A DNA stretch of 64,000 bases from a virus: positions 29,040-93,039 of IMG/VR virus record IMGVR_UViG_3300029319_008653; one strand, written 5' to 3'. The notes under the pieces are model-generated. The model saw only the letters and a list, made by a program, of their open reading frames with translations. It was not told where the DNA came from and did no database searches. Position 1 is the stretch's first letter, and the number at the start of each line of letters is the position of its first letter. Below, piece after piece: positions 1 to 10,001 of the stretch. The position numbers and the translations under genes were made by a program.

Positions 1-2
1 TA

Positions 3-482
3 AAGAAAAGATTAGAAGAGTCTACATTATGGGGTAAGTTTGGAGATAGAGAAGCTTTTACTTTTACGTTTATCAAAAATAATATTCCGGAAGACTTTAA
101 AGCATTTGTAACACAAAAACATAATGTATATCAATTTGTAGCTTTAAAGGTTAAAGAAGGAGGAGCTATCGAAGACCATATAGATGATGATTTTGCTGAA
201 AGCTTTAAAAAATATCAACCAGGTGCTATTGTAGGTTTACCTGAAACAACAGTATATTATGTCGATATTGATAATTCAATGAAAGGTGGTAATTTAATAG
301 TAGAGGGTGAAACTATTAAGCCTACAACCAATAAGGCTGTAATACTTTCACCTGGCTGTTCACATAAGGTATCTAATATGGAAGCTGGTTGCAACCCCCG
401 ACTAACAATTGTATGTGAAAAATATCGTATTTTAAGTAAGTTCTTACCGCATATAAAAACTCCAAATTATAAAAGCGGTTAA
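3..482 (+). CDS. 2OG-Fe(II) oxygenase, 5'-truncated by the window edge
   Basis: The frame of ORF 279..482 is open back to base 3. It has HxD (EDHIDDD), GG-x-L (MKGGNL), a distal His (SHKV) and RLTIV. Confidence 0.75.
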   Translation, partial: KKRLEESTLWGKFGDREAFTFTFIKNNIPEDFKAFVTQKHNVYQFVALKVKEGGAIEDHIDDDFAESFKKYQPGAIVGLPETTVYYVDIDNSMKGGNLIVEGETIKPTTNKAVILSPGCSHKVSNMEAGCNPRLTIVCEKYRILSKFLPHIKTPNYKSG

Positions 483-485
483 ATC

Positions 486-513
486 TTGAATATTTAAAAG
501 TATATACTATAAT
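486..513 (+). promoter_or_regulatory. sigma70-like promoter, near-leaderless
   Basis: TTGAAT-N16-TATAAT, with ATG 7 nt downstream at 521. Confidence 0.65.
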
Positions 514-520
514 TGTAAGA

Positions 521-1426
521 ATGAAGATAGCTATAGTTGGCGGATCAGGATTTATCGGAAGACATACAGCCCAAGAATTAAGAGAACATGGGCACGATGT
601 AACTATTTTTGATAAAGTAGAGGGCGTAGATGCATTAGATATGGATAAGCTGTATTATGCATTTAAACGATCTTTACCGTTTGATGCTGTTTATATGTTT
701 GCTGCAATATCGGATAGTAAGGAAAACCTTACTGATATTCAGTATGCAGTTCATACTAACATAATGTGTTTAACTAATACTCTTAAAGTATGTGAGTGTT
801 TTAATATACCAAGAATAATATTTTCATCTACCGTATGGGTTTATAGTGTTTCGCAATCTGAGTATAATACTGAAGAGAATATGCTTCCTATTACTGAATC
901 TGATCATATATATACAACGTGTAAGTTAGCTTGTGAAAGTATAGTAAAAAATTATTGTGCTGTTAGAGATATTGATTATACTATTTTACGATATGGTATT
1001 GCGTATGGTCCAGATTGTCATCCTGATATGATTCTATCAAAATTTATAACTAATGCATTAAATGGTAAAAAGTTAATTATAACTGGTAATGGAGATACTT
1101 TTAGAAATTTTTTATACGTAACCGACCATGCTAGAGGTAATCGATTGGCTTTAGATGATGCAGCCCGAAATCAAATTATTAATCTAGAAGGCCCTGAGAA
1201 GGTAACTTTAAAAGAAGTAGCAGCACGTGTTAAAGAATTACATAGTAAAGATACTACTATTATTTTTACTAGCGAGAGACATGGAGATTATAAGGGTAAG
1301 CATGTAAGTAATTCTAAAGCTAAGTCATTATTAGACTGGGAACCGAAAGTATCATTTAAAGAAGGTTCAAAACAATTATATGAGTATATCAAAAAAAATA
1401 TTAATAGTAGCGCCGCATGCAGATGA
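521..1426 (+). CDS. NAD-dependent NDP-sugar epimerase/dehydratase (extended SDR)
   Basis: GGSGFIG, SST, YTTCK (YxxxK), LRYGIAYGP. Confidence 0.9.
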   Translation: MKIAIVGGSGFIGRHTAQELREHGHDVTIFDKVEGVDALDMDKLYYAFKRSLPFDAVYMFAAISDSKENLTDIQYAVHTNIMCLTNTLKVCECFNIPRIIFSSTVWVYSVSQSEYNTEENMLPITESDHIYTTCKLACESIVKNYCAVRDIDYTILRYGIAYGPDCHPDMILSKFITNALNGKKLIITGNGDTFRNFLYVTDHARGNRLALDDAARNQIINLEGPEKVTLKEVAARVKELHSKDTTIIFTSERHGDYKGKHVSNSKAKSLLDWEPKVSFKEGSKQLYEYIKKNINSSAACR

Positions 1427-2009
1427 TGAAGTTCTTGGAGTAGGTGGTACTACATCTAAAATGCTTTCAGATGGTCATGACGTCCATTTAATTGTATGTT
1501 CAAAAAGATCTAATGATCTTAAAGAATATGAAGAAGCTATGGTACATTATACTAATTTTACTTGGTTAGAATTTAATGATGAAAGGTTAAATTTAGTAAA
1601 AAATCATCTATTAAAAGAAATAGAAAAAATTTATAATAAAGTACAGCCTGATATAGTTTTTATACCTAATAAAGATGATTTTAATTTAGATCATAAAGCT
1701 GTATATGAGGTATGTGAGATAGTATGTCGAAGATATCAAGAGTATCCTCCGGAGATGGTGTTAATGTATGAAGTACCATCATCGACCACTCAGTCTTTTG
1801 ATAACAACTTTAAATGTAATTATTATGTCTCTCTAACAGAAGAAGAAGTACAAAATAAAGCTAATATATTTTTAAAATATACAAATGAAATAAGAGAGTT
1901 TCCTAATCCTAGAAATAGTGAAGGTATTCATTTATATTCACGATTTAGAGGAATGGAATGTAGTGCACAATATGCTGAGGGCTTTAATTTAATATATAGT
2001 AAATTATAA
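1380..2009 (+). CDS. PIG-L/LmbE family de-N-acetylase
   Basis: APHADDE metal motif, DH, C-terminal AEGF. Confidence 0.88.
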   Translation: MSISKKILIVAPHADDEVLGVGGTTSKMLSDGHDVHLIVCSKRSNDLKEYEEAMVHYTNFTWLEFNDERLNLVKNHLLKEIEKIYNKVQPDIVFIPNKDDFNLDHKAVYEVCEIVCRRYQEYPPEMVLMYEVPSSTTQSFDNNFKCNYYVSLTEEEVQNKANIFLKYTNEIREFPNPRNSEGIHLYSRFRGMECSAQYAEGFNLIYSKL

Positions 2010-2647
2010 TGGACACGGTTTGGGATAATGTTGATAAATTTGAGCATCTTATTGCAGATTATGCTGGTAGTAATTATGCAATAGCAGTTGATAGCTGTAC
2101 TAATGCTCTCTTTTTATCGTTAAAATATTGTAAAGATGTCTTAAAGTACAATGATGAGTTTGTTGAAATACCTAAACGTACTTATATTTCCGTACCAATG
2201 CAGGCTATACATGCAGGTTATAAGATAAAATTTTTAGATAAGTCGTGGTCTGGTGCTTATAAATTAGATAGCTTACCTATAGTTGATTCAGCCCAAAGAT
2301 TTTGCAGTCAAATGTATGAAGAAGATACTTTTTATTGTCTGTCATTTAATTATAAAAAAATACTTTCAACTGGTAAAGGAGGTATGATTTTAACTAACGA
2401 TGAATATGCAGCAGAGTGGTTTAAAAGAATGAGGTATGATGGAAGGCCCTCAATATATTATAATGATATGTTAAAAATGCCCGTAAAAGAAGTAGGCTAT
2501 CATATGTATATGACACCTGAACAAGCAGTAACCGGTATACAAAATTTTTATTCTTTAGATAAAAGTAGAGATAGTGATAGTTCTTGTAGTAAAGATTATA
2601 AAGTTGATCTATCTGCCTTAGAATGTTTTAAACATGATATTATTTGA
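2009..2647 (+). CDS. DegT/DnrJ/EryC1/StrS PLP sugar aminotransferase (short form)
   Basis: AVDSCTNAL, DSAQ, SFNYKKILSTGKGGM with the PLP lysine. Confidence 0.85.
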   Translation: MDTVWDNVDKFEHLIADYAGSNYAIAVDSCTNALFLSLKYCKDVLKYNDEFVEIPKRTYISVPMQAIHAGYKIKFLDKSWSGAYKLDSLPIVDSAQRFCSQMYEEDTFYCLSFNYKKILSTGKGGMILTNDEYAAEWFKRMRYDGRPSIYYNDMLKMPVKEVGYHMYMTPEQAVTGIQNFYSLDKSRDSDSSCSKDYKVDLSALECFKHDII

Positions 2648-3599
2648 TACAATAAAATGTTTTACTAATTGTAAGACCTTATCAGCTGAGGCTAAAAATT
2701 ATGATAACTTTATAGATTTAGTAAGTTCAAAATATAAAAAAGAAACTCATAACTTTAAAACATACAGTAAGTTTACTATACGAAAAAATTCAATATTAGT
2801 AAATCAACGACAATATAATAAGCTTGCTGAAAGAGAAAATACCGGTAATTTAGAATGGCCAAATTTATTTGAATATAATGATCAATATAGTATAGTTACA
2901 GACGGTAAGTTTAAATTAAAAAATAAATTAATTTCATACCTATATAATATATCTGACTGTAAACCTCACAGTAAAGAATATACTAATCCGAATATAAGAT
3001 CTCTAGTTTTATATTTTAGAGATGGTAGTTTTGAAGAGTATAGAAATATGGGTAGAGAGTGTTACGGAGTAGATCACTATGAATTTCTAGCAATATATTA
3101 TTTTATAAAAAAATATATAGAAGATGGTAAAAGTAAGTTATTTAGCAATATTTTTATAGTTAGTCAAAATAATAAAATACCAAATTATTTTTATGATATA
3201 TTTCCAGATATTCAAATTAGAGAAGAATGGGCAGATAAGTTTATAATTAATACATCCATATTTGCAAATACAATTCATTTTTGTGGTAATCAATTACCAG
3301 AAAATTTTCTTTATAATATACCTATTGTATGTGAATCGTTTAGACAGCAGTATAAATTTATTAATAAAATAAAAAATAAAATATTTTTACCTTTCTTTTA
3401 TTATACTGGATGGGTAGAAGATGATATACATTATATTGATGATAAAGATTTTAATGAACATGCTATAACATATAAGGAAATATCAAAAAGTAAAACTCTT
3501 AAGAGTGAAAATACTACTGTAGAAAATATATATTTTTATCTTGGTAAAGCAATACAAGAATTAGAAAATAAACTTATAGCGGACGAAATATGCGAATAA
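2634..3599 (+). CDS. hypothetical protein in glycan island
   Basis: 321-aa ORF overlapping both neighbours. Confidence 0.6.
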   Translation: MILFDTIKCFTNCKTLSAEAKNYDNFIDLVSSKYKKETHNFKTYSKFTIRKNSILVNQRQYNKLAERENTGNLEWPNLFEYNDQYSIVTDGKFKLKNKLISYLYNISDCKPHSKEYTNPNIRSLVLYFRDGSFEEYRNMGRECYGVDHYEFLAIYYFIKKYIEDGKSKLFSNIFIVSQNNKIPNYFYDIFPDIQIREEWADKFIINTSIFANTIHFCGNQLPENFLYNIPIVCESFRQQYKFINKIKNKIFLPFFYYTGWVEDDIHYIDDKDFNEHAITYKEISKSKTLKSENTTVENIYFYLGKAIQELENKLIADEICE

Positions 3600-4423
3600 T
3601 AATTTTAGGTAATGGAAATGCAGGTAAGTTTTTATTTGATTATTTTTCAAATAGATTTGATAGTGTTATAAACTTAACCAGGAAAGATTTTGACGCTGTT
3701 AATATAGATACAAATAAATTTAAAAGTATAATTAAAGAAAATGATGTTGTAATAAACTGTGTTGGTATCTTAAAACCTAATATTAAAAAGGTAGGTGAAT
3801 TTACTACATATAAAATTAATGCTATTTTTCCGAATATAATTTATAATATATGTAAGTTTAACTCAGCGCATTTTATACATATTTGTTCTGATTGTGTTTA
3901 TAAAGGAGATGTAGGAAACTATTCTGAGGAAGTACCTCCTGATGCTACAGATATATATGCTCTTTCTAAAAGTATGGTTAATAGGGGTATAATTTTAAGA
4001 ACATCATTTATTGGCAGTAAAGGTGGTCTAATGAAGTGGGTTTTAGATAATAAAAATAAACAAATTGATGGTTATGAAAACTGTTTATGGAATGGTATTA
4101 CAACCTTAGAACTTGCTAAGCGTATAAAAGAAATAATAGAATATCAAAATTTTTGGACAGGTGTAAGGCATCTCCATAATCCTAAAACTATTAGTAAATA
4201 TGAGCTATGTTGTTTGATTAATAAAATTTATAATTTAAATATATCTATAAGAAACATTAAAGCTACTGAAATAGAAGGTACTAAAATTAATGGAGTATTA
4301 GATAGGTCTCTATCTACTAAATGTAATAATTGGATATCAAATAAAATACCTTGTATAGAGCAGCAAATAAAAGAGTTATATGAATTTGAAAGTAAACAGT
4401 CACAACGAATGGGATCAACTTGA
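3590..4423 (+). CDS. RmlD-like NDP-4-keto-sugar reductase (SDR)
   Basis: GNGNAG, VINCVG, SDCVY, YALSK, LRTSFIG. Confidence 0.85.
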   Translation: MRIIILGNGNAGKFLFDYFSNRFDSVINLTRKDFDAVNIDTNKFKSIIKENDVVINCVGILKPNIKKVGEFTTYKINAIFPNIIYNICKFNSAHFIHICSDCVYKGDVGNYSEEVPPDATDIYALSKSMVNRGIILRTSFIGSKGGLMKWVLDNKNKQIDGYENCLWNGITTLELAKRIKEIIEYQNFWTGVRHLHNPKTISKYELCCLINKIYNLNISIRNIKATEIEGTKINGVLDRSLSTKCNNWISNKIPCIEQQIKELYEFESKQSQRMGST

Positions 4424-5486
4424 AGAAGTTATAGTTGGCGACGGTTTTCCTACTACTCTACCTACATTAGATTATTCGTTTAAACTTTTCTTTCATGAAA
4501 ATATTAGAGATGATAATGGAGCGTATCAATATGGTGATGAATTTATTTCTAAAAGACATGTTGAAGAACATAAGGAGGATTTAGAAACATTTGTTAATAC
4601 TCTTAAGAATCTTAATATAATAGTTAAAAGACCTAAAGTACCAAAACGTTTAGAAACCGTTAAAACTCCATGGTTTGAAAGTAATAATCACCCAGCTCTA
4701 AACGTAAGAGATATGGCTATGGTAGTTGGTGATACTATTATTGAATCTCCTCCAACGTGTCGATATCGTTATTTTGAAAATGATTTTTTAAAACATTTAT
4801 TTTTAGAATATTTTAAGCAGGGAGGTAAATGGGTACAGGCACCTAAACCTTTAATGTTAGATAAAAGTTTTGATCTCTCTTGGATAGATGAAACAACGGG
4901 TGAGAGACAAGAATACGAAAAAATCCAAAAATCATCTCATTTTATGGAGTATGGTTTAGAAATTATGTTTGATACTGCAAACTGTATGAGACTTGGCAAG
5001 CATATTCTAATGAATGTAGGTAATAAAAATCAAGAGCTTGGTGCTAAGTGGTTACAGGATACTGTAGGAGATACATATAAAGTTATTACAACAACTATAG
5101 CTGATTCTCACATAGACTCTAGCTTTCTACCTCTAAGACCAGGGCTTGCTATTATTACTAAAGAGTATATAAGAGAAAAACTTCCTAAGGAATTACAAGA
5201 TTGGGATTTAATTTATATACCTATGCGTGAGAGAACTGAAGAAGAATTCTTAAAGCAAGGATTAAGGCTAGCGTCTCCTCGAATAGAATTAAATGTTTTA
5301 TCAATCTCTCCTGAATTAATTATATGTCATTCACAATATGAAAGTGAGTTAAATAAAGTTCTTAAAAAATATAATATAGAAGCTCTCGGTACTCCATTTA
5401 GACATTGTGAAATATTCGGAGGTGCACATCATTGTACTACGTTAGATATTAGAAGAAAAAGTAAACTGGAAAATTATTTTGAATAA
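4380..5486 (+). CDS. L-arginine-dependent amidinotransferase (glycine/inosamine-phosphate amidinotransferase family)
   Basis: VNSHNEWDQLEEVIVG, RD, FDTAN, HIDS, GGAHHCTTLDIRR (Asp-His-Cys triad). Confidence 0.9.
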   Translation: MNLKVNSHNEWDQLEEVIVGDGFPTTLPTLDYSFKLFFHENIRDDNGAYQYGDEFISKRHVEEHKEDLETFVNTLKNLNIIVKRPKVPKRLETVKTPWFESNNHPALNVRDMAMVVGDTIIESPPTCRYRYFENDFLKHLFLEYFKQGGKWVQAPKPLMLDKSFDLSWIDETTGERQEYEKIQKSSHFMEYGLEIMFDTANCMRLGKHILMNVGNKNQELGAKWLQDTVGDTYKVITTTIADSHIDSSFLPLRPGLAIITKEYIREKLPKELQDWDLIYIPMRERTEEEFLKQGLRLASPRIELNVLSISPELIICHSQYESELNKVLKKYNIEALGTPFRHCEIFGGAHHCTTLDIRRKSKLENYFE

Positions 5487-6186
5487 AAACGCTATAACAT
5501 TTACATCCGATAGTAACTATATGAATTATACTATTAATTTATTAAAATCTATTGAAAAGAACTGCAAAGGTATAGAAGTTTATTACAGAGGGGTTAATAT
5601 TACGTCTGAAGAAGAATATGAATTAAATAAATTTGATATTAATTGTTGCAGAGATAAAAGAAATTTATCTACAAAGAGAGATTTAATAAAAAGTAAAGAT
5701 AATCAGTTATTAGTTAATAATAAACCTATTATTAGTCAAATACTCTATAGCGAAGCTATAGCTTATACGTGTCATAGTAGATTCAAAAATATTAGTTATC
5801 TATTAAAAAAAGGATATGATACTATTTTAGCATTAGATGCAGATAGTTATATTAATAAAAATATAGATAATCTTTTTGAAAATTATAAACAATATGACTT
5901 ATGCTCTATACCTGAAGGTAAAGATTTTTTTCGTAACGAGGGCCTACTTTTAATTAATAATAGTAAAAATATAAAAAGATTTTTTAAAGAAGTTGAGCGA
6001 TATCTCTTTAAGCAAGGTCATTTTAAAGAATGGGATAGTGATGGTTATATTATGGAGAAGCTGCAAAAAATATATAAATTAAATCTTGGTGCGTTAGACC
6101 CCCTCTATAAAAGTAAGCCGGATAAAAATGCATATATATGGTCAGGTGATGGGATTATAAAGCATGAAACAAATATTATCAAATAA
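5479..6186 (+). CDS. GT-A glycosyltransferase-like protein
   Basis: LDADS DxD motif, WDSD, WSGDG; paralog of the next ORF. Confidence 0.65.
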   Translation: MNKNAITFTSDSNYMNYTINLLKSIEKNCKGIEVYYRGVNITSEEEYELNKFDINCCRDKRNLSTKRDLIKSKDNQLLVNNKPIISQILYSEAIAYTCHSRFKNISYLLKKGYDTILALDADSYINKNIDNLFENYKQYDLCSIPEGKDFFRNEGLLLINNSKNIKRFFKEVERYLFKQGHFKEWDSDGYIMEKLQKIYKLNLGALDPLYKSKPDKNAYIWSGDGIIKHETNIIK

Positions 6187-7012
6187 AGAATTTATTTTTA
6201 CCTGTACAGCAGATAAAAACTATATTGATTTTATATATAGTTTATCAAGCAGTATAAATGCTAACTGTCCCGATATACCCCTACATATACGTTTAGTAAA
6301 TATTCATGAAAATGATAAACAAATAATATCTGCCGTTATTAAAGAAAGAAATAAAAATTCAATAATTGAATTTGATGATAAAATATTATCTAATAATAGA
6401 AAGTATTTTAGAAGTAAGGATGAACTTCTCTATGGTAAATCTATTAATGACTCATTAAAGATTAAAAGAAGTAGTAAAACATTTAAGAATGTAAATAATA
6501 ATTATTTTTTAATGAGTGAGCAGCAGTGCTATACATCGAATACAAGATTTAGAAATATTATTAAACTTTTAGAAGATGGCTATAATTACGTAATATATCT
6601 TGATGCAGATACTATTGTACGAAAAAATATTTACGATTTGAAAGATATTCTTATATCATATGATCTTACATGCAATATAAATGATTGTAAGAGATATTCA
6701 AATAATAAGTGTTGGGAGTTAAGCTTTTTAGGAGTAAAAAAATCTAATCGCTCTATTCACTTTATAAATCAATGTAAAAAATTAGCTGAAAATGATATGC
6801 TTGATTGGGATTCAGATCAAAACTCCATTGAAGAAATCTATTCTAATAATTTTAAAGATCTTACAGTTAATAGTAATATAAAATATATAGAGGATATAGG
6901 TCAGCTACATAATAAAGAGCATTTAACAGACAGCTATATATGGGCAGGAAGTGGTTTTAATAAAATAAACAATGATAAGTTTATAAATGAGTTAGAAAAA
7001 TATTATGAATAA
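6164..7012 (+). CDS. GT-A glycosyltransferase-like protein
   Basis: YLDADTIV, WDSDQ, WAGSG. Confidence 0.7.
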   Translation: MKQILSNKEFIFTCTADKNYIDFIYSLSSSINANCPDIPLHIRLVNIHENDKQIISAVIKERNKNSIIEFDDKILSNNRKYFRSKDELLYGKSINDSLKIKRSSKTFKNVNNNYFLMSEQQCYTSNTRFRNIIKLLEDGYNYVIYLDADTIVRKNIYDLKDILISYDLTCNINDCKRYSNNKCWELSFLGVKKSNRSIHFINQCKKLAENDMLDWDSDQNSIEEIYSNNFKDLTVNSNIKYIEDIGQLHNKEHLTDSYIWAGSGFNKINNDKFINELEKYYE

Positions 7013-7706
7013 TATTAATATATGTTATACAATTAATAATAATAAAAAATATATAGACCTAACTTTAGAATCTATATCTTCTATTAAAAAATTCTTTCGT
7101 TCTAAAAAGTATAGGTTAAATTTTTTTATTATAAGTGAAGATAAATTAAATGTACCTGATTATATTACTAATATTATATCACCTTATAAAGATATACCTC
7201 TTATGCATCAAAGAATTTATATATCTGAATTATTAAATGTAGATAGAGTTATTTTTCTTGATAGTGATACATATATAACTACCTGTTTATCTAAATTATG
7301 GGAAATAGATATGCAAGATAAAATTATTGGTATGTCTCCTCACTATCATATTAATACAATCAATGAATGTATAGAGTTGTTTGACATTAGAAATGAAGTA
7401 AAGGAGTATTCATTTTTATTTAAAGAGCAATATTTTAATGCAGGTGTAGTATTACTAGATTGTAAGAAGTGGATTAAAAATGATCTAACTAATATTTGTA
7501 AAGATTTTTTAAATATTATAAAAGATACAAAGCATTATAAAAATGAAGAGTTTACTTATAATATAGCTTTAAGAAATCATATACATGTGTTAGATGAGTT
7601 ATGGAATTATTTTCCTCGTTCTGATTTTAAACGTCCTAAAATTTTACATTATTATGGAATATATAACAAGGATAAACCTAAGCATAACGAAGTATATAGT
7701 GGTTAA
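7005..7706 (+). CDS. glycosyltransferase family 8
   Basis: FLDSD, YFNAGVVLLD, WNY, ILHY. Confidence 0.85.
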   Translation: MNNINICYTINNNKKYIDLTLESISSIKKFFRSKKYRLNFFIISEDKLNVPDYITNIISPYKDIPLMHQRIYISELLNVDRVIFLDSDTYITTCLSKLWEIDMQDKIIGMSPHYHINTINECIELFDIRNEVKEYSFLFKEQYFNAGVVLLDCKKWIKNDLTNICKDFLNIIKDTKHYKNEEFTYNIALRNHIHVLDELWNYFPRSDFKRPKILHYYGIYNKDKPKHNEVYSG

Positions 7707-7719
7707 TTAAAACACGTTA

Positions 7720-7727
7720 TATAAATA
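7720..7727 (+). promoter_or_regulatory. T4-type late promoter
   Basis: TATAAATA, 5 nt before ATG 7733. Confidence 0.7.
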
Positions 7728-7732
7728 ATTTT

Positions 7733-7930
7733 ATGAATGAAGAAATAGAATATAGTATTAAAGATCTAAGTGAAAACTTTGAACATTTTAATGTGGATGT
7801 AAGTAGTTTTCTTGAAAAAGGAAATAAATCTGCTGCTACTAGAGCACGTAAATCTTTATTAGAAATATCTAAGCTTTGTAAAGATATAAGAAAGCAAATT
7901 CAAGACATAAAGAACAGTAGCGAAGCATAA
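7733..7930 (+). CDS. small histone H1-like (Hc1-type) DNA-binding protein
   Basis: KGNKSAATRARKSLLEI motif. Confidence 0.7.
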   Translation: MNEEIEYSIKDLSENFEHFNVDVSSFLEKGNKSAATRARKSLLEISKLCKDIRKQIQDIKNSSEA

Positions 7931-7938
7931 ATAATAAT

Positions 7939-8355
7939 GTGATTTCGTTTAAAATTTTTTATGAAAAAAATAAACCTCTAGGTTTAATAGAAACTATAAC
8001 TTTTGAGGAATTGGGGCCCATTGAAGCTAAAGTAGATAGCGGTAATGGTGCTTATAATGTGCTGCATGGTCTTAATATTATTGAAGATGATGGCCATGTA
8101 ACTTTCGATACTGTTAATAATAAAACTCTTAAGAAAAAATTAGTAGAACATATTGATATTAATATAGGTTCTGGAAATATAGAAAAAAGACCTGTAGTAA
8201 AATTTGATATCGAAATCGGAGATAAAAAATATCCAGGAACAAAGTTCTCTATTGGAGATAGAGAAGCTAACGAATATAAGATCTTAGTAGGTAAAGGTTT
8301 TATTGAAAAGCTTGGAGGTCTTATTGACGTTAACGCAGAAAATAATCTTGATTAA
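7939..8355 (+). CDS. RimK-associated ATP-dependent Zn protease / retropepsin-like protein
   Basis: AKVDSG, RPVV, DR, ILVG; GTG start after CATAAATA. Confidence 0.75.
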   Translation: MISFKIFYEKNKPLGLIETITFEELGPIEAKVDSGNGAYNVLHGLNIIEDDGHVTFDTVNNKTLKKKLVEHIDINIGSGNIEKRPVVKFDIEIGDKKYPGTKFSIGDREANEYKILVGKGFIEKLGGLIDVNAENNLD

Positions 8356-8882
8356 TACCAAGATGGTTTTTTTGTACCTGTCCAAGTAGCGAATGGTTTA
8401 TCTTTTCTAATATATTCCTTATACTTTTCTAATGTAGATAGTTTATCAAACTCAGGATTTTTTCTGCATTCACAGTTATCACTTATAGCAACTGCAAATG
8501 GTGTTCTACTTTGTTTAGTAATATTAGTATTATGTATATTATTACCGCACCATTCAATAAAAGATAAAGTATGATGAGGTTTACTATCGGGCCATCTAAA
8601 ATCTCTTTCTTTAAACATCCTTAATGTATGATCTACTAACCATTTAAAGTTATCTTTAGATTCTCTAGTCCATTTACTACATTGGTGATTAAAATAACCT
8701 CTACCACTCTTACGAGGTTTACCAAGTTTAGTACGCGGGCAATCTTTATGATTTAATACTTCTTGATCAAATGCATGAGCTAACATTATAGCTCCTTCTA
8801 TTTGCATTTTAGATCTTACATGCTGATCGCAAAGTTCAATTGCTGCTATATCAGGATCATCATTAGTACAAAATATATTCAT
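8352..8882 (-). CDS. pyrimidine-dimer DNA glycosylase/DenV-related protein
   Basis: MNIF..DDP..AA..LCDQHV..KM.IE..ML and NH.CSKW signature. Confidence 0.7.
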   Translation of the reverse strand: MNIFCTNDDPDIAAIELCDQHVRSKMQIEGAIMLAHAFDQEVLNHKDCPRTKLGKPRKSGRGYFNHQCSKWTRESKDNFKWLVDHTLRMFKERDFRWPDSKPHHTLSFIEWCGNNIHNTNITKQSRTPFAVAISDNCECRKNPEFDKLSTLEKYKEYIRKDKPFATWTGTKKPSWY

Positions 8883-8903
8883 ACAATGATTATATTCTAG
8901 TTC

Positions 8904-9953
8904 CTATCGTAAGCCAGTAGATTCAAATACATCTCTCGCTACACCAGCAGAAAAGCCTCCTTCTATACCTTTAACAATAACAGATATAGCATTATGACTA
9001 TGAAGACTTTCATTATGAGAAGCTACAATTTTAAAGTCTTTAATACGAGACTCACTATTAAGTTTTTCATATAGTAACCTTACAGCATCTTCTACAAACT
9101 TAAGAAATGCACCGTTCTTTTCAGCAAAAGCTTGCTCATCTTCTCTCTTAACCATAACTTGAGTTTCAGTCTGCAAAGCAGCTAAGCATAGTTCTTGAAT
9201 ATCTTCAATCCATAACATATCGTCAAACTTAACACTAACACGAGCTACACTTCTTTGACTATGAGGTACAGTAGCGCGATTACGATACTTTTCAGCATGC
9301 TCACTTAACTCAAAACTACAAGGACAAGCAGAAGAGTAAACAAAGTCAAAATGAATATATTTCTTAAACTCACCATCTTTAGTAAGATCACCTTCGAATA
9401 CAACATCATAATATTGATAGCCTTCTAAACCACTACGTAAACTTTTTTGCTTGATAGGATATGAAATCTTAAGCATTATACGAGAATCAAATACTTTAAG
9501 ATTTTCTTTATAAGTTTCTAATACATCTTTAATTTTATCAATACTAAATATCTCATCTTTATGATCATAAAAGCTTCTCATAATACGAGACATATTAATA
9601 CCTTTCTTATGAGCTTCTAATGATACACTACCAGTTACACTAGTTTCTAATTCAATAGTTTTACCATCTCTCTTTTTATAATTAAGAGGTAATCTAAAAT
9701 TATGTATACCAACTTGCTGAATAGGTACAGCTGCACCTTGAATTAAACTAGAAGGACCATTTTGAAGATCGGGTAGAGAAGATATATATTTTTTATCGGC
9801 ATTAACATTATCATCATAAACTCTTATAGGAGGAAAATAGCCTTTAGCAAACTCTTCTCCCATAATTTCCTTAGCAATAACATCTTTTTCACCAGTTAGT
9901 TCATCATCTTCACCTAACCACTCATAACCAGTATCTGAAACTTTTTTACTCAT
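8904..9953 (-). CDS. folE2: GTP cyclohydrolase IB
   Basis: PDLQ, QVGI, KGINMSR, SACPCS, HSQRS, VKREDE, ESLHSHNA. Confidence 0.93.
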   Translation of the reverse strand: MSKKVSDTGYEWLGEDDELTGEKDVIAKEIMGEEFAKGYFPPIRVYDDNVNADKKYISSLPDLQNGPSSLIQGAAVPIQQVGIHNFRLPLNYKKRDGKTIELETSVTGSVSLEAHKKGINMSRIMRSFYDHKDEIFSIDKIKDVLETYKENLKVFDSRIMLKISYPIKQKSLRSGLEGYQYYDVVFEGDLTKDGEFKKYIHFDFVYSSACPCSFELSEHAEKYRNRATVPHSQRSVARVSVKFDDMLWIEDIQELCLAALQTETQVMVKREDEQAFAEKNGAFLKFVEDAVRLLYEKLNSESRIKDFKIVASHNESLHSHNAISVIVKGIEGGFSAGVARDVFESTGLR

Positions 9954-10001
9954 ACCTCTATTATATAGTATTAGACTAAAAAATCAATAAATAAAATTGA
10001 T

